64,000 nucleotides of DNA, taken from the NCBI RefSeq assembly GCF_006345805.1, contig NW_021831856.1, forward strand, positions 2,695 through 66,694, given 5' to 3'. The translations under genes were made by a program, and so were the position numbers. This document shows positions 1-12,114 of the stretch, piece by piece. The number at the start of each line of letters is the position of its first letter. The first letter of the stretch is position 1. The DNA comes from Octopus sinensis (Eukaryota). The notes under the pieces were generated by a model. The model saw only the letters and a list, made by a program, of their open reading frames with translations. It did not search any database and was not told where the DNA came from.

Positions 1-565
1 GAATAGGAAGTCAGACATAATCTTAATAGAGAAAGAAACCAAACTATGCTGGATCATAGATATAGCATACCCAGATGACAAGAAGGTATGCGATAATTTA
101 AATACAGTAATCCCTCACCATATCGCGATTCACCTATCGCGGTTTATTATTCAAGCTTACGTCGATTCCTCTGTGGTGTTGTTTTGCATTCGTAATAAAA
201 AATATATATACATACTAGAGCACAAACCTAGGCCAAGGCAACACCAGCGTCCTCTCAACGATTAGCCAAAGAAAGAAATGTCGATAGGTATGATAGGTTA
301 GCTTGGGAGGTAAAGCAGTTGTGGTCGATGGAAAAGGTGGTAGTGGTACCAATAATTGTCGGAGCCATGGGAACAATGTGTAAAAAAATCAAATACATGG
401 AACAGATAGGGCTACAATAAGGTTGGAACACTTGCAGAAAACAGCACTGCTTGGAACCGCTCGAAAACTCCGGAAGGCGCTCGAAAAATAAGGGGAATTA
501 CCTTAGTACACTGGTAGTGAACAGCTGACACGGTAGTACATTTCCAGCGTTAGAAGCTGTACAAA

Positions 566-567
<2 letters not shown>
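1..567 (+). mobile_element. 3' end of a degenerate R4/Dong-like non-LTR retrotransposon (restriction-like endonuclease domain), interrupted by an insertion at 95-272
   Basis: Translation NRKSDIILIEKETKLCWIIDIAYPDDKKVCD, resuming after the insert as RYDRLAWEVKQLWSMEKVVVVPIIVGAMGT...LQKTALLGTARKLRKALEK*. This matches the RPD..D/E..P and PII.GA.G..LQK..LLGTA pattern of R4-clade RLE domains. A short 3' UTR and a (TAA)n tail follow. Confidence 0.85.

Positions 568-648
<81 letters not shown>
568..648 (+). repeat. (TAA)27 microsatellite; tail and/or target site of the Dong-like elements
   Basis: 27 perfect TAA units directly between two R4/Dong-like copies. Confidence 0.95.
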
Positions 649-649
<1 letters not shown>

Positions 650-1970
650 TCGTGGTGAAATAATGAAGGCAATTCAACCTGGCAATACTTGAGGCAGATG
701 GAATCAAACACCACATCATAAAGGAAAAGGCAAAAGGAGAGTACTTGCGGCAAATTAGAAAAATATTGTCTTCAAAGCTGAATGCTAGAAGCATTTCGGC
801 AATAAACTCACGTACAGTCATAGTAGTTCGCTATGGTGCTGGAATCCCGAAGTGGACAGAGGAGGAGCTAAAGGAGATGGATTGAAAGTCAAGAAAGCTC
901 CTAACGATGCATGGAGCCCATCATCCACGTGCAGGCACTGATTGCCTATACATGAAAAGAGCAAATGGAGGAAGGGGACCGGTGAGTATGGAAGACTGCG
1001 TACGTATCGAACTCGAGAGCTTAATGAGATGCCTAGCCCAAAGTAAGGAAACCTTGTTAGTGACAGATTAGAACGAGGGACTATTGAGAGCAGAGTGAAA
1101 AGGGAAAACAAAGGAAGAAGGGCAAAAAGGATATGATGAAGAATTACGCAGGGGACTACACAATCAATTATATGTAGCTACTATAGAAGTTGCTGGAAAA
1201 AATAGGTAGGATTCGCTGATGAAAGGAACTCTAAAAAAAGAGACCGAGAGTACTATAGCGGTAGGTCAAAACCACGATCTGGTCACGAACTGGAGGGTCA
1301 AACCGCTGTGCTGTATCTGCAATAGAGTGGATGAAACCATTGACCATATCACGATCGAATGCTCTAGACTTGCCCAAAACCACTACAAGTGGTGACGACA
1401 CAATCAGGTAGCGAAAGTGAAAAGTGGGGGCTAGAGAGAGGCAAGACTTGATATGGACACAAACTGTACAGTGTAGTGGAACTGGAGACTAGCAAAATCT
1501 TCTGGTATTTCCCAATCCCAACAGATCAGGTGCTAGAGCAGAACAGACCGGACCTAGGGGTGGTGGACAAGATGTACCACATATTCTATATAGTTGAAGT
1601 TGCATGTCCCTTCGTTCCCCGAATAGTCCAGAAGGAAGGCGAAACGTTAGATAGATACAACCCTCTTAACCCGGCTGTGGAAAAGGAAGAAGGTGCAGAT
1701 AATGCCAATTATTGTTGGATCCTTGGGAACAGTATCAGAAGGCATCAAGAGGAATATAAATGAAATTGGAATAGAGTGCCCAGTAGAACTGTTACAAAAG
1801 GTTTGCCTGCTTGGCACGGCCAGAATAATCAGGAAAGTATTAGATACCTGGAAAGAACGAATAGCCTGGTCCCGTAGGCTGTAGGTAGCAAGCCCGCTAT
1901 GCATGCAAGACTTCAGGGGGCGCTTCAACAAAACCTGTGATAAAAACAAAATAATAATTCGTAAATAAGA
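649..1970 (+). mobile_element. 5'-truncated, frameshifted R4/Dong-like LINE (RT C-terminus, zinc knuckle, RLE domain)
   Basis: Pieces read YL.ILEADGIK..KEKAKGEYLRQIRKILSSKLN..AINS..YGAG..KW..EL..MD..RKLLTMHGAHHPRA..LYMKRANGGRG; C..C..ETIDHIT.EC..LAQ..YK..HNQVAK; NRPDLGVVDK..IVEVACPF; PIIVGSLGTV..LQKVCLLGTARIIRKVL. Stops and frameshifts are present. Confidence 0.88.
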
Positions 1971-1996
1971 TATTTGTAAGCAAAGAAATTTAAATA

Positions 1997-2560
1997 CAGT
2001 AATCCCTCACCATATAGCGATTCACCTATCGCGGTTTATTATTCAATCTTACGTTGATTCCTCAGTGGTGTTGTTTTGCATTCGTAATAAAAAATATATA
2101 TACATACTAGAGCACAAACCTCCGCCAAGGCAACACCAGCGTCCTCTCAACGATTAGCCAAAGATGATTTTTAAAATGCGAATATGTGAAATAAACTCGA
2201 CTGCTCTCACAAACGAGAATACTAAAAATGAACACGACCGCTCTCATAAATTAAGTAAAAGACCAGAAAAAAAATTCAGAATCCTTGTCCGGTACCGGAT
2301 CGATCCCAAAATCTAATCAGTTCGTGCCAGTCACAATGCCAATCATCCCTAAAATTTTCATCCGAATCCACCCAGCGATTCTTGAGATATCTTGTCCACA
2401 GACAAACAAAGCAAACAAACTAACATGACTGAAAACAATAACTCCGCCTTAGCGAAGGCGGAGGTAAAAATATACGGTAGTGTACTGTTTCTACTTCAAG
2501 TATTTTCACCTATCGCCGGGGTTTTAGAACGTAACACCTGTGATAGTCGAGAGATTACTC
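1997..2560. mobile_element. Tc1/mariner/pogo-type MITE with TA flanks, carrying a nested insertion
   Basis: TA|CAGTAATCCCTC at 1995-2008 and GAGAGATTACTC|TA at 2549-2562 form imperfect terminal inverted repeats with TA on both sides. Confidence 0.65.
2118..2467. mobile_element. Non-autonomous Helentron-associated (HINE/DINE-1-like) element nested in the MITE
   Basis: Starts ACCTCCGCC and ends with the hairpin CTCCGCCTTAGCGAAGGCGGAGGTAA, with a short ACAGACAAACAAAGCAAAC microsatellite near that end. This is a DINE-1/HINE-like layout; the class assignment is inference. Confidence 0.5.
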
Positions 2561-3369
2561 TAAATACTAATACAATTTTTAATGTAAAATAATAAATTAT
2601 AAAATCTATAATATAAGATGAAACTTGCAGTGAATTCCAAGAATCGTTTGAACTTTGAACAAAATACTTTACATTTTGATTTCAAACCCTACTGAGTTCA
2701 TCATTGCTTTTCATCCAACCTGATTGATAAAGTACCAGTCAAATATATGTGTTTATTTATTCAGCTAATCCTTATGCTCGATATAGCCTTTATATCAAGA
2801 CAGGGAAAGCTCCGACATTACTTTTTTTCTTTACCTGCCTTACAAAGCCAAATTAAAGTGAACATAAGATTAGTTGAGGAATTAAGAAACGCATCGTTAA
2901 AACATATGAGAGAAAGCAAACAATGACCCAGTATTCGGTAACCAGTGTGAATTAGCTAACACGAAGTCAGGAACAAAGTAACTAAAATCTTTCTTATAGT
3001 AAGTTGGAACATTCTTGATATTAAATTTTTCAGTCATTTAACTGCGGCCATATTGGGGCACCACCTTGAAGGGTTTAGCCGCACCACTCGACCGAAGTGC
3101 TTATCTTTTTTAAAAGTCTGCTACTTATTCTATCGGTCTCTTAGGCTGAACCATTAATTAACAGGGGCGTAAACAAACCAACACTGGCTGTAAAGCGATG
3201 GTAGAGTATAAATACAAAGACACATACATAGACACACACATATATGTATATGTATATATATATACGTATGTTGTATATGTATGTATGTATGTATGTATAT
3301 ATTTATCTGTCTGTCTGTCTGTCTATCTATATCCCTCTCTCTCTATATATATAATACAAACTCATACAG

Positions 3370-3530
3370 CGCGGCTGTGTGGTAAGTAGCTTGTCTACCA
3401 ACCACATGGTTCCGGGTTCAGGCAGTTAGATTAAGTACTAGGCTTACAAAGAATAAGTCCTGGGGTCGATTTGTTCGATTAAAGGCGGTGCTTCAGCATG
3501 GCCGCTTTCAAATGACTGAAAAAAAAAAAA
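3370..3530 (+). mobile_element. Internally deleted tRNA-derived SINE (head joined directly to tail)
   Basis: GCGGCTGTGTGGTAAGTAGC..GGTTCCGGGTTCA head fused to the TAAGTACTAGGCTTACAAAGAATAAG..GGCGGTGCTTCAGCATGGCCG tail seen in the full copy at 42393. Confidence 0.8.
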
Positions 3531-6500
3531 ATATGTATATATTAAATTCAACTTACGTTGAATGTCAACAAAGTTTGCTTTAGAAGCGTTGAGATGTTTG
3601 AAAGATACAGATAAGGAAATAATTTTATTCTCAGACGCAGGATAATCCTATTAATATAGAATGAACAGGATAAACTATCGACATTATACAGAAAAATCTG
3701 TCGGTGTCCAGCCATGAGACTCGAATTCACATCCCTGTCAAGTGTCAAGTGCTTTACCGTTAAGCTAAACATCCCGAACGAGAATTAGGATATATAAATC
3801 TTGCTTTATAAGACGCTATATAAGAAAGGAAAAAATGTAAGGTAAATAAACAAACGACATAGCGTATACTGAATATAAAAACGAACGGGAGACAAACAGA
3901 AGATCCGTAATTCTTCATCAGTTATTGACCAATATTCAGTGTCGCACCTTCACCGATAAGACTGAGTGTTTCCCACTTGGCGCTACTCGCAAAAATAGGG
4001 TTTTCTTCTCGAGAATTAGAGACGAGAGCAAAGAAAACAAAGCAAAACAAGCAAAACGACACAGTGCATAAAGACATTCGGTATTCCTCATACAAGATGA
4101 GAAACGGCTAATTTTTATTCCAAGCGAACAAGGACAAGTGGAAAGACCGCGCTACGAAGCTTGTGAACAAACTCAAGCATCCGCTCCAACTGAACATATT
4201 TTGATTCTTTTCGGACGAGAAAAATCTCTGCCAGATACTTTCCATGTATCTTGGAATTCAATGGAGAAGTATATTATGTCACAGATTTTTAGTTACGGCA
4301 AGATGTTCAGAAAGCAACATTACGATCTTGTAATACAGGTGAATGACAATAAACTAAGCATGTATGTATGAATGTATATATATATATATATATGTTTGTG
4401 TGTGTGTGCGTGTACGTATGTATGTATGCATGCGATGCTCCAGCAGGACCGCAACCTCATGGCTAAAACAAGTAAAAGAGTACATATACTATATGTGTGT
4501 TTGGAAAGAAGATTTTACTTTCTTTGTCACTTGCGTATTGATTTTTTTCAATGCTACTTAATTAGCTGACAAACATAATTAAGTAACAATAAAAGACTAC
4601 AAAAGCAACAGGAAACTCAAATTTACTTACTAAGATACGATGCAGCTATGAATGACTAAAAGCATAAAGGCCACTGCATGAAATCTGTAGCTTATCCTAG
4701 TTCATACAATCCAGACAAAATCACAGTGATGCAATTTTTTGAGATCTTTATGATTTTAATTAGCCAAACATAGTTAGAGTGATAAGTGGGGTATTTAAAT
4801 ATATTAAATAAAAAATATAACCTGAAGAGGAATTTACGTTCTCCATGTTTAGACTCTTGAAGAATGTTTCGATGCTTAGGAATAGAAATAGCTGTTTATT
4901 GATTAATGCCAGAAATTGCGTACATCTAATAACTCACTTGATTTATCACATAGGAAGATGACATATAAGTCAGCTATAATATGTGTTACAATTGGCTGAG
5001 AATGCCGACACTTTACGGTTTCAATGCATTATCTCTGCGCTGGCATTAAAACACATACTGCTTTTACTGTGTGGTGCATAACAGAAATTCCAGTAAAGTT
5101 TAAAGGAGAATAATTCTCAAAAACGAAGAAAGTACTGATAATTGTATATATGTAGAATTGGAATTACAAAGCGCGCACACACACACACACACTTGATTAC
5201 ACTTGGTTTTGTAATCAGGCAAGTAGGCTCTCGATCATGAGTTTGAAGTGTGACAGAGCACTCGGTCGGATCAAATTCACTTAACAGTATCAAAAAGTAT
5301 GACCCCGAATCTTCATTTAACTATTTTGTGCTCGCTTTCAGTAAAGGTTCCAGGCAACTCAAAATAAATCATAGATTTAGGAATATTATGTACGGTAGAG
5401 AGAAGCCCACTGTCTTCCCATCGTCTCTCTCTCCCTTCCTCTCTCTTTCTCTTTCTCTTTCTCCTTCTCGTCCCACGAAGTCGAGTAAGTGTAAGTGAAA
5501 CAGAGGTATTTTCCTTACAGATCGACCTACTACTGCTTGTTTAACTGAATTTTTGAAGGTATTCTGCTGTTAGGGACACTGGGAAGCTCGTTATTTATAC
5601 GGGTCCTGAACCAAATCATTAGCCCTTTAAAGATACCTGTAATAATTCACTTATTTACATTATACATATAATTGTATCATATTAGCCTCTCACATTTTGT
5701 TACGTCTATGTAAGAGAAATAGCAGTGGTCATGCCTTTTTTGCTAGGCATTACTGAATGCAGACCGAATGCATGCAACAAAGTGAAAAGCCAACCAAGTG
5801 ATATTCCTCGGTCGTTGGATTAAGTTTCCTCCTTAGAAAATACAGTTCATCCGACGGCTTCTACACAGTTTCTGTCTATGGAATTTCGAAAGGTTTGGAT
5901 GCATCTGAGGCACAGGAGAAGTGTGATTAGAAAGCAAACTTACTAGACATACATACATATATACAGATATATAAACTTATGTACATATACACATGTGCGT
6001 GTATGTATGTATGTGCGAATGTATGTTTACAAGCCGAGAGATAAAATAAATGTTTAAGCCTTATATACAATGTATATCGTTTACCTAAAATACGAGTTTA
6101 TAATCGAACATAAATTTATATGGGGCTTTGCCTGCGTTGTGAACTTAAGTAGAAGGGAGGCAGTAAATGTTTAATTGCCAACAACTGTAACTTAAAGCCA
6201 TACAGTTTATGATATCAGTGTTGATTTAATCTACTGCAATGTTTGACATGTACTTATTTTATCAGGAACAAAATCAAAGTAGATCCCAATCGGATTTGAA
6301 CTTAAGAGAACTCAGAGACGAAACTTATAGATTGCAAGATACTTTGAATGCATACACATAGATGTAATAATTTGAAATGCAAGTTAATGAAAGAATCAGA
6401 GCTTATCATTGGAAATTAAATAACGAAAACAATTTCAGGTATCAAGAGAAAAATTTTTTTAAACCATTAGTATGTATGGATCAATACGGATTTTAACGAC

Positions 6501-6872
6501 AGATGAAAAACTAACTAGGTATGTGACAAAACAAAAAATAAACAAAGATTATGTTCAGTCAAATTGCTCTGTTTATAGACTCATGATTTGTATAAATTTG
6601 AACATATTTTAAAAGAAGTCTGTAATACGAAGGATAATTATAGGATTAAAACATTTAAAAATAATTTTAAGTGTTCCAGTCATGTGCTTTGCTGAAATTA
6701 TGTTGGGATCAGTTGTGGAATAAGCCTTGAGTGTATACAACCAAACGATCAACAAACACGGACAAGGAGACAAGAAGACGAGCTTCAAGCTGTCTCGCCC
6801 TCGTCAGCGTCTGCTTAAGTGACTAGCACCGAGAACAGGGTTGATGAGTGAAGTAAATGGTATCCATTAGCT

Positions 6873-7104
6873 AAGGCGGCGAGCTGACAGAAACGTTAGC
6901 ACGCCGGGCGAAATGCTTGGCGGTATTTCGTCTGCGTTACGTTGTGAGTTCAAATTCCGCCGAGGTCGACTTTGCCTTTCATCCTTTCGGAGTCGATAAA
7001 TTAAGTACCAGTTACACACTGGGGTCGATGTAATCGACTTAATACCTATGTCTGTCCTTGTTTGTTCCCTCTGTGTTTGGCCCCTTGTGGGTAATAAAAA
7101 AATA
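6873..7104 (+). mobile_element. tRNA-derived SINE, second family (GTCGACTTTGCCTTTCATCC central domain), with 17-bp target-site duplication
   Basis: A-box/B-box-like head (GAGCTGACAGAAACGTTAGC..GAGTTCAAATTCC). GGTATCCATTAGCTAAG occurs identically at 6859-6875 and 7105-7121. Confidence 0.85.
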
Positions 7105-7367
7105 GGTATCCATTAGCTAAGTAGAAAATGTTACGTAACCCACAGACTGTTAAGCTAATTTGTGCAGTGGTCCAGGCTTAGCAACTATAAACAATTCTCG
7201 TTAAGTCAGACACTGTATGAAAAGTAATGGATTCAATTTTGACATAAAAATATATTTCGGTATATGGATCATATTTTTGAAAAGTGTTCAAGCTATGTAT
7301 GATATAAAGAGAATATGTAACAGAACACCTTATGTAATGCATGCATTTCTACAACCCCTGCTTACAG

Positions 7368-7481
7368 ATTTAAACGACAGCTAGCTGATATGCGAGCGGC
7401 TGAGTATCGGGCACTGATGGCATTGTCCAGAAACATTACCTGCACCCAGGTAGCGTGTGGGTTAGTTGATATTGAAAAGAG
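7368..7481 (+). CDS. Neuropeptide precursor, peptide exon A: (x)FKR-QLADMRAAEYRALMALSRNITCTQVACGLVDIEK(S/R)
   Basis: Acceptor CCCCTGCTTACAG|A, donor AAGAG|GTATAG, 114 nt, phase 2-2, open frame. Dibasic KR followed by Gln, a C-x4-C pair, and clear paralogy to the exon at 8400. Confidence 0.8.
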
Positions 7482-7709
7482 GTATAGTAAGCTCTAGTTC
7501 AACCCCCAAACACTATCCTTTTACCTAGTCAAGACCTAAACCAAAGCCCTTTCTCACTTACCCGCCTCAAATCCTTAAGTAAATGGTCAATGCATTACAT
7601 TGTTAATATTTTTTTTCGTGTTTTGTGTTATACCAATAATTAATAACGTAGCAATGATAGATTCAATTTTTACAGTTCAAATTTTTGTACCATTTCATTC
7701 ATAAATATT

Positions 7710-7770
<61 letters not shown>

Positions 7771-8399
7771 TATATATGTATATTATATATAGTACTCTAC
7801 CTTCATACTGTGTGGGCTGAGGTTCACACTTCATAAGCCGCTAATATGGCTTGGTTAAACTTCTGATTTAGGTAGCTAAATAATTTATCACTCTTGTGTC
7901 GTAGTTAACACGGCTATACACATTACAGCAGACTCGGAGTTCAATTTCCATAGATCATTTAATGCATATAAATAGTATATGCATATACACAGATATTAAT
8001 GTATAAGTATATATATATGGCCATTTTACGCACACATACACGCATATGCACGTGTATATAGTAATATTTAAGTAAATATTTTGACCATTTGTTAAAGGAA
8101 TATCGTGTTACCCTACCAACCACCTCCATTTCCAGTAAAACTCCATTGCCTCTTCTATAGTTATCTTTATCCAATGATACCCGTTCCTCACATTTCACAT
8201 AGTTGGTCACATTATAATTGTTATGTTATTACAAAAAGCAATATTGATTTTATTTTGTTGTCATTACCTTTTACGTTGATATGTGCAATTTTCCTTCGCA
8301 TTCCTTCTCGTATTTATAACGTTTGTTTCTTATCGACCTGTCAAATTGTTCTGTCATTATTGTTGATGTCCATTTGTGTGTTGTTTTACCTGTTTACAG

Positions 8400-8519
8400 A
8401 TCGAAGCGCCAGACAGGCGATATTAAAACAGCTGAATACCAAGCATGGTTAGCACTTGGTGGCATTGTACCACCGGGTTGTGTCGAGGTTGCCTGTGGGG
8501 TAGTCGATGTACACGCCAG
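8400..8519 (+). CDS. Neuropeptide precursor, peptide exon B: (x)SKR-QTGDIKTAEYQAWLALGGIVPPGCVEVACGVVDVHA(S)
   Basis: Long pyrimidine tract ending TTTTACCTGTTTACAG|A, donor GCCAG|GTACAG, 120 nt, phase 2-2. KR-Gln start and C-x4-C. Matches exon A at 16 of 37 aligned positions by my hand alignment. Confidence 0.85.
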
Positions 8520-8711
8520 GTACAGTAAAATACAAAAAAAACAGTAAAAGCCAAAATCCTGCTAAGCCATGAAAAATCCATTTTCAGGAATAGAAAAGAC
8601 GCAAAGTTTTATGTTCTACCCTCCAGTAACATTGCTCTCCCTTCTCAATTTGTTGATTGATAAATGTTGTTTGCGTGTTTGTACATATGTATATAGGCAT
8701 GTATTTATGTA

Positions 8712-8772
<61 letters not shown>

Positions 8773-8990
8773 TATATATGTATGTAGGTATGTATGAAGG
8801 TATGTATTACAATCCACCCAACTGAAAATGGAGGCCCCTGCTACAAACCAGGGTTCCATTTAAGAGTAATATAGGTCTTCCCGTATAAGCACTGTGGTGG
8901 CATCATTCGGGAGCTAACACAATGAGAAAGCGCACTGTGATCAACGGTGTACAACAACATTTGATAGTCTGGTCTATCTATACTGTGCTG

Positions 8991-9043
<53 letters not shown>

Positions 9044-9119
9044 AATATTAGGGAATAAATCCAAATTTACAGGGAAAAAATCAGATTTAGGATTAAATCC
9101 AATTTTATAGTAAAATATT

Positions 9120-9264
9120 ATATAATATTAATTAGAGACAAAACCACCATTTTGCAAAACATACAAGGAAAGACTTAATCAATACATAAAATTTTAATGA
9201 AAAGTAAAAACCGCCACTACAATGTTTCATTGTTTGTTTTGCAAAATAGTGGTTTTGTCTCTAA

Positions 9265-9276
<12 letters not shown>
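9120..9276. repeat. Inverted repeat (about 42-bp arms) embedded in (TA)n
   Basis: ATAATATTAATTAGAGACAAAACCACCATTTTGCAAAACA is mirrored by TGTTTTGCAAAATAGTGGTTTTGTCTCTAATTAATATTAT. Confidence 0.8.
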
Positions 9277-9342
<66 letters not shown>

Positions 9343-9344
<2 letters not shown>

Positions 9345-9540
9345 CCTCGTGTGTACCGTTGGCGATTTTTTTTCCTCTGTCTCCCTTCTCTGGATCTTTC
9401 CTTCTCCTATGTTTCCGAGGAAGAGCTCCGCTCGAAACGTTAAACCCCCCTTCTTCCCTTCATTCCTGAGCGTCCAATAATACTATATTTGTTCCACATC
9501 CTCGCGTTGTTGTGTTTTTTTTGTGTTTTCTTGTTTGGAT

Positions 9541-9545
<5 letters not shown>
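9343..9545 (+). mobile_element. Penelope-like terminal fragment within (TA)n, with a degenerate minimal hammerhead motif
   Basis: GTTT-CCGAGGA-A-GAGC TCC GCTC-GAAAC-GTT-AAAC has minimal type I hammerhead geometry, with the core CUGA changed to CCGA. Flanked by (TA)n on both sides. Confidence 0.5.
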
Positions 9546-9599
<54 letters not shown>

Positions 9600-10349
9600 T
9601 ACTATACGTATGTATTATGTATGTATATGTATATGTTGTTTAATGAGAATTTTATGAACATTCAAGAGAGCGTGGAATAACACTCTTTTTGGAATCTCGG
9701 AGTACATATAAAGCTATAGATAATATTCGGTTGAAAAACACTTTTGAAAATGATTCTATGTATTAGTCTGTGTATGACACCATGTGTATATGTGTATGTG
9801 TCCATAAAAGTTTTTAAATGCTTGCCGGTGTAAAACCTGGCATTGTGATATGTGTTGCGTCCCTCATTGTCATTCCATAACACGTGGAAAAGTGGTGCTC
9901 GGTATAAGGATTACTTGACTAAAAGAGTACTGCGACAGAGAAACGAAAATATTTGGTGGTTGTGGACACTTGTGGTCTAGTGTAGCCTCGTGTGACCTAG
10001 TGTGTGTGACACACACACACATACACGCATGCACTCACGTACACACACGCATGCACTCACACACACATACACACACACGCATATATACAATATACATAGT
10101 GCTGCATATATAATGAATATATTTATATATTGATATAAATATATTATATATATTTATTAAATAGATATATATATATATGTAAATATATATATATATATAT
10201 ATATTATTATATTATATTATATATATTATATATATATATTATATATATATATATATAGTCAAAAAAAGGGTGAAAAATTGGATATTAAGTTATAATATCA
10301 ATTTAAAAACCAGCGCCTTGCGTATAAAGACTGAGATTCAGTAAATAGT

Positions 10350-10583
10350 ATTAATACACAACAATGAGAGAGAATCCACTATATGGAAGCTCTTACGCAG
10401 ATATAGATCGGCAAAGGGACTCAACCACTAAGCATTGTTCTCAAGAAATAATTCAACGAACCAATAATTCAACACTTGGTGTGTTGAATTATTTTGTGAG
10501 AACAATTCTTAGTGGTTGAGTCCCTTGCGGATCTATCTAGCGTAAGAGCGTTCCATATAGTGGATTCTCTCTCATAGTGTGTA

Positions 10584-10589
<6 letters not shown>
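10350..10589. repeat. Fold-back palindrome with about 105-bp arms inside (TA)n
   Basis: ATTAATACACAACAATGAGAGAGAATCCACTATATGGAAGCTCTTACG..GAAATAATTCAAC is mirrored by GTTGAATTATTTT..CGTAAGAGCGTTCCATATAGTGGATTCTCTCTCATAGTGTGTATTAAT. Confidence 0.9.
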
Positions 10590-10630
<41 letters not shown>

Positions 10631-11644
10631 TCTATATTATAGATATATATATATATATATATAGCATATAATATATATATATATATCTATAATAATATAT
10701 ATATATATATATATATATATGAATATGGATATATAGTTTACTGTTCTGTTACAAATCAAACAACAGATATTCCATCCGGTGTGAAATATAAATATCTTTT
10801 AATATACATGGTATTAAAATAAGAACTATTTATAGTTTCTTGACATGAAGACACGTTGTTAGATAGGTTTTTATAACGTACCTTGTGTCTCCAAACTACC
10901 CTTTATGCTCTGAGTCCGTGGCTTGTTATATTTTTCAAATAGAACAAAACCATGAGCTCAGAGCCTGAAACTCCTATTAGCTCATATTGTAGTACAGTGT
11001 ACATCAAATGATATGGTGTATGTGTTTATATATGTTTGTATGTGTGTGTGTGTGTGCGTGTATTTGTATGTATGCTTGAGTGTGTGTATGCATATCTGTA
11101 CGTAGCTATATGTTGCTATATCTAAAGTTTGTACTGCCTTCTATTGTTCAGCTGCTATTTATATTTATCATTATCGTTTGTTGTAATCATATATCATTTT
11201 CTTTACTCTTATTTCAATCACTTATATTTTCAATTTTGCTATTACTTACAATCCGTCTTATCTTTGTTCTTCTTTCTGCTTGTTATTGTTGCTGTTTAAA
11301 TGTTCTGTTGCTGTTGGGGGTCCCTCTTTTTTTTATGTTTCCGTTTCAGTTCTTTTCTCGTTTGTTGTTCTCAATATTGTCGTGTTCTTTGTGTCTTATT
11401 TTCATATAGTTTTTCTACTTATATCGACATTCCCTTTCCTATGTCACGTTTCTTCAACGTAACAGAAAACGTCATTGAATAGAAGGGTGGGCAGAGTATC
11501 TGTGTGTGTGTGTGCATTTGAAAATATTATCAGCTCATAATTACCAATCTATCTACCTATACACATAACATATATATACATACATATGTATGTATATATA
11601 TATATATATATTATATATATATATGTGTGTGTGTGTGTGTTGTG

Positions 11645-11675
<31 letters not shown>

Positions 11676-11823
11676 TGTGTGTGCGTGTGTGTGTGTGTGT
11701 GTGTCTATAGTTCTATAAATATATATATATATGTCTATAGTTTTATATATATATATAAAATTTTCGGTATGTGGTTAAGCAACTTGTTGCAAATAACCCT
11801 TATTGTTATAATTATATATATAT

Positions 11824-11855
<32 letters not shown>

Positions 11856-12114
11856 TGTCATATGCACATACTTATAGACAGACAGGGGCACGGACACACA
11901 CATAAACACACAAACACACAGTTGTGTAGCTTAGTTTTGCATCTGATTTATCATTAACTGAGTATTATTACTGTAATTATAGATAATGTTGCAGTTACTG
12001 TAGGTATTAAAAACATATTTACACCCTTATATTTATTTTTATTATATTTCCCTTGTACACGCATGATCTTGTCCTTTGTAATCTACTTAAATAGGGTAGT
12101 ATATATATATATAT

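Noticed and set aside
3812-3925. TATA-like (CTATATAAG, TATAAAAA) and Inr-like (TCAGTT) words as the neuropeptide promoter
   Set aside because: Such words are common in AT-rich DNA, the spacing is not canonical, and no first exon could be linked to them.
4138-4338. ORF ending at a CAG|GTGAAT donor, considered as the signal-peptide exon
   Set aside because: No hydrophobic signal sequence, and the phase-2 reading contains a stop.
5520-5557. Possible micro-exon (TTTCCTTACAG|ATCGACC..TTGAAG|GTATTC; DRPTTACLTEFLK)
   Set aside because: The splice signals look good, but the only open frame ends in phase 0 and cannot join the phase-2 peptide exons. It could be a 5' UTR exon; unsupported.
8105-8452. 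115-aa hydrophobic ORF overlapping exon B
   Set aside because: It is the T-rich polypyrimidine intron read through, in a different frame from the conserved peptide.
11080-11957. Hydrophobic and Cys/Val/Tyr/Ile-rich ORFs (also many similar ones across the window)
   Set aside because: Translations of (TG)n, (TA)n, (TACA)n and T-rich low-complexity DNA.
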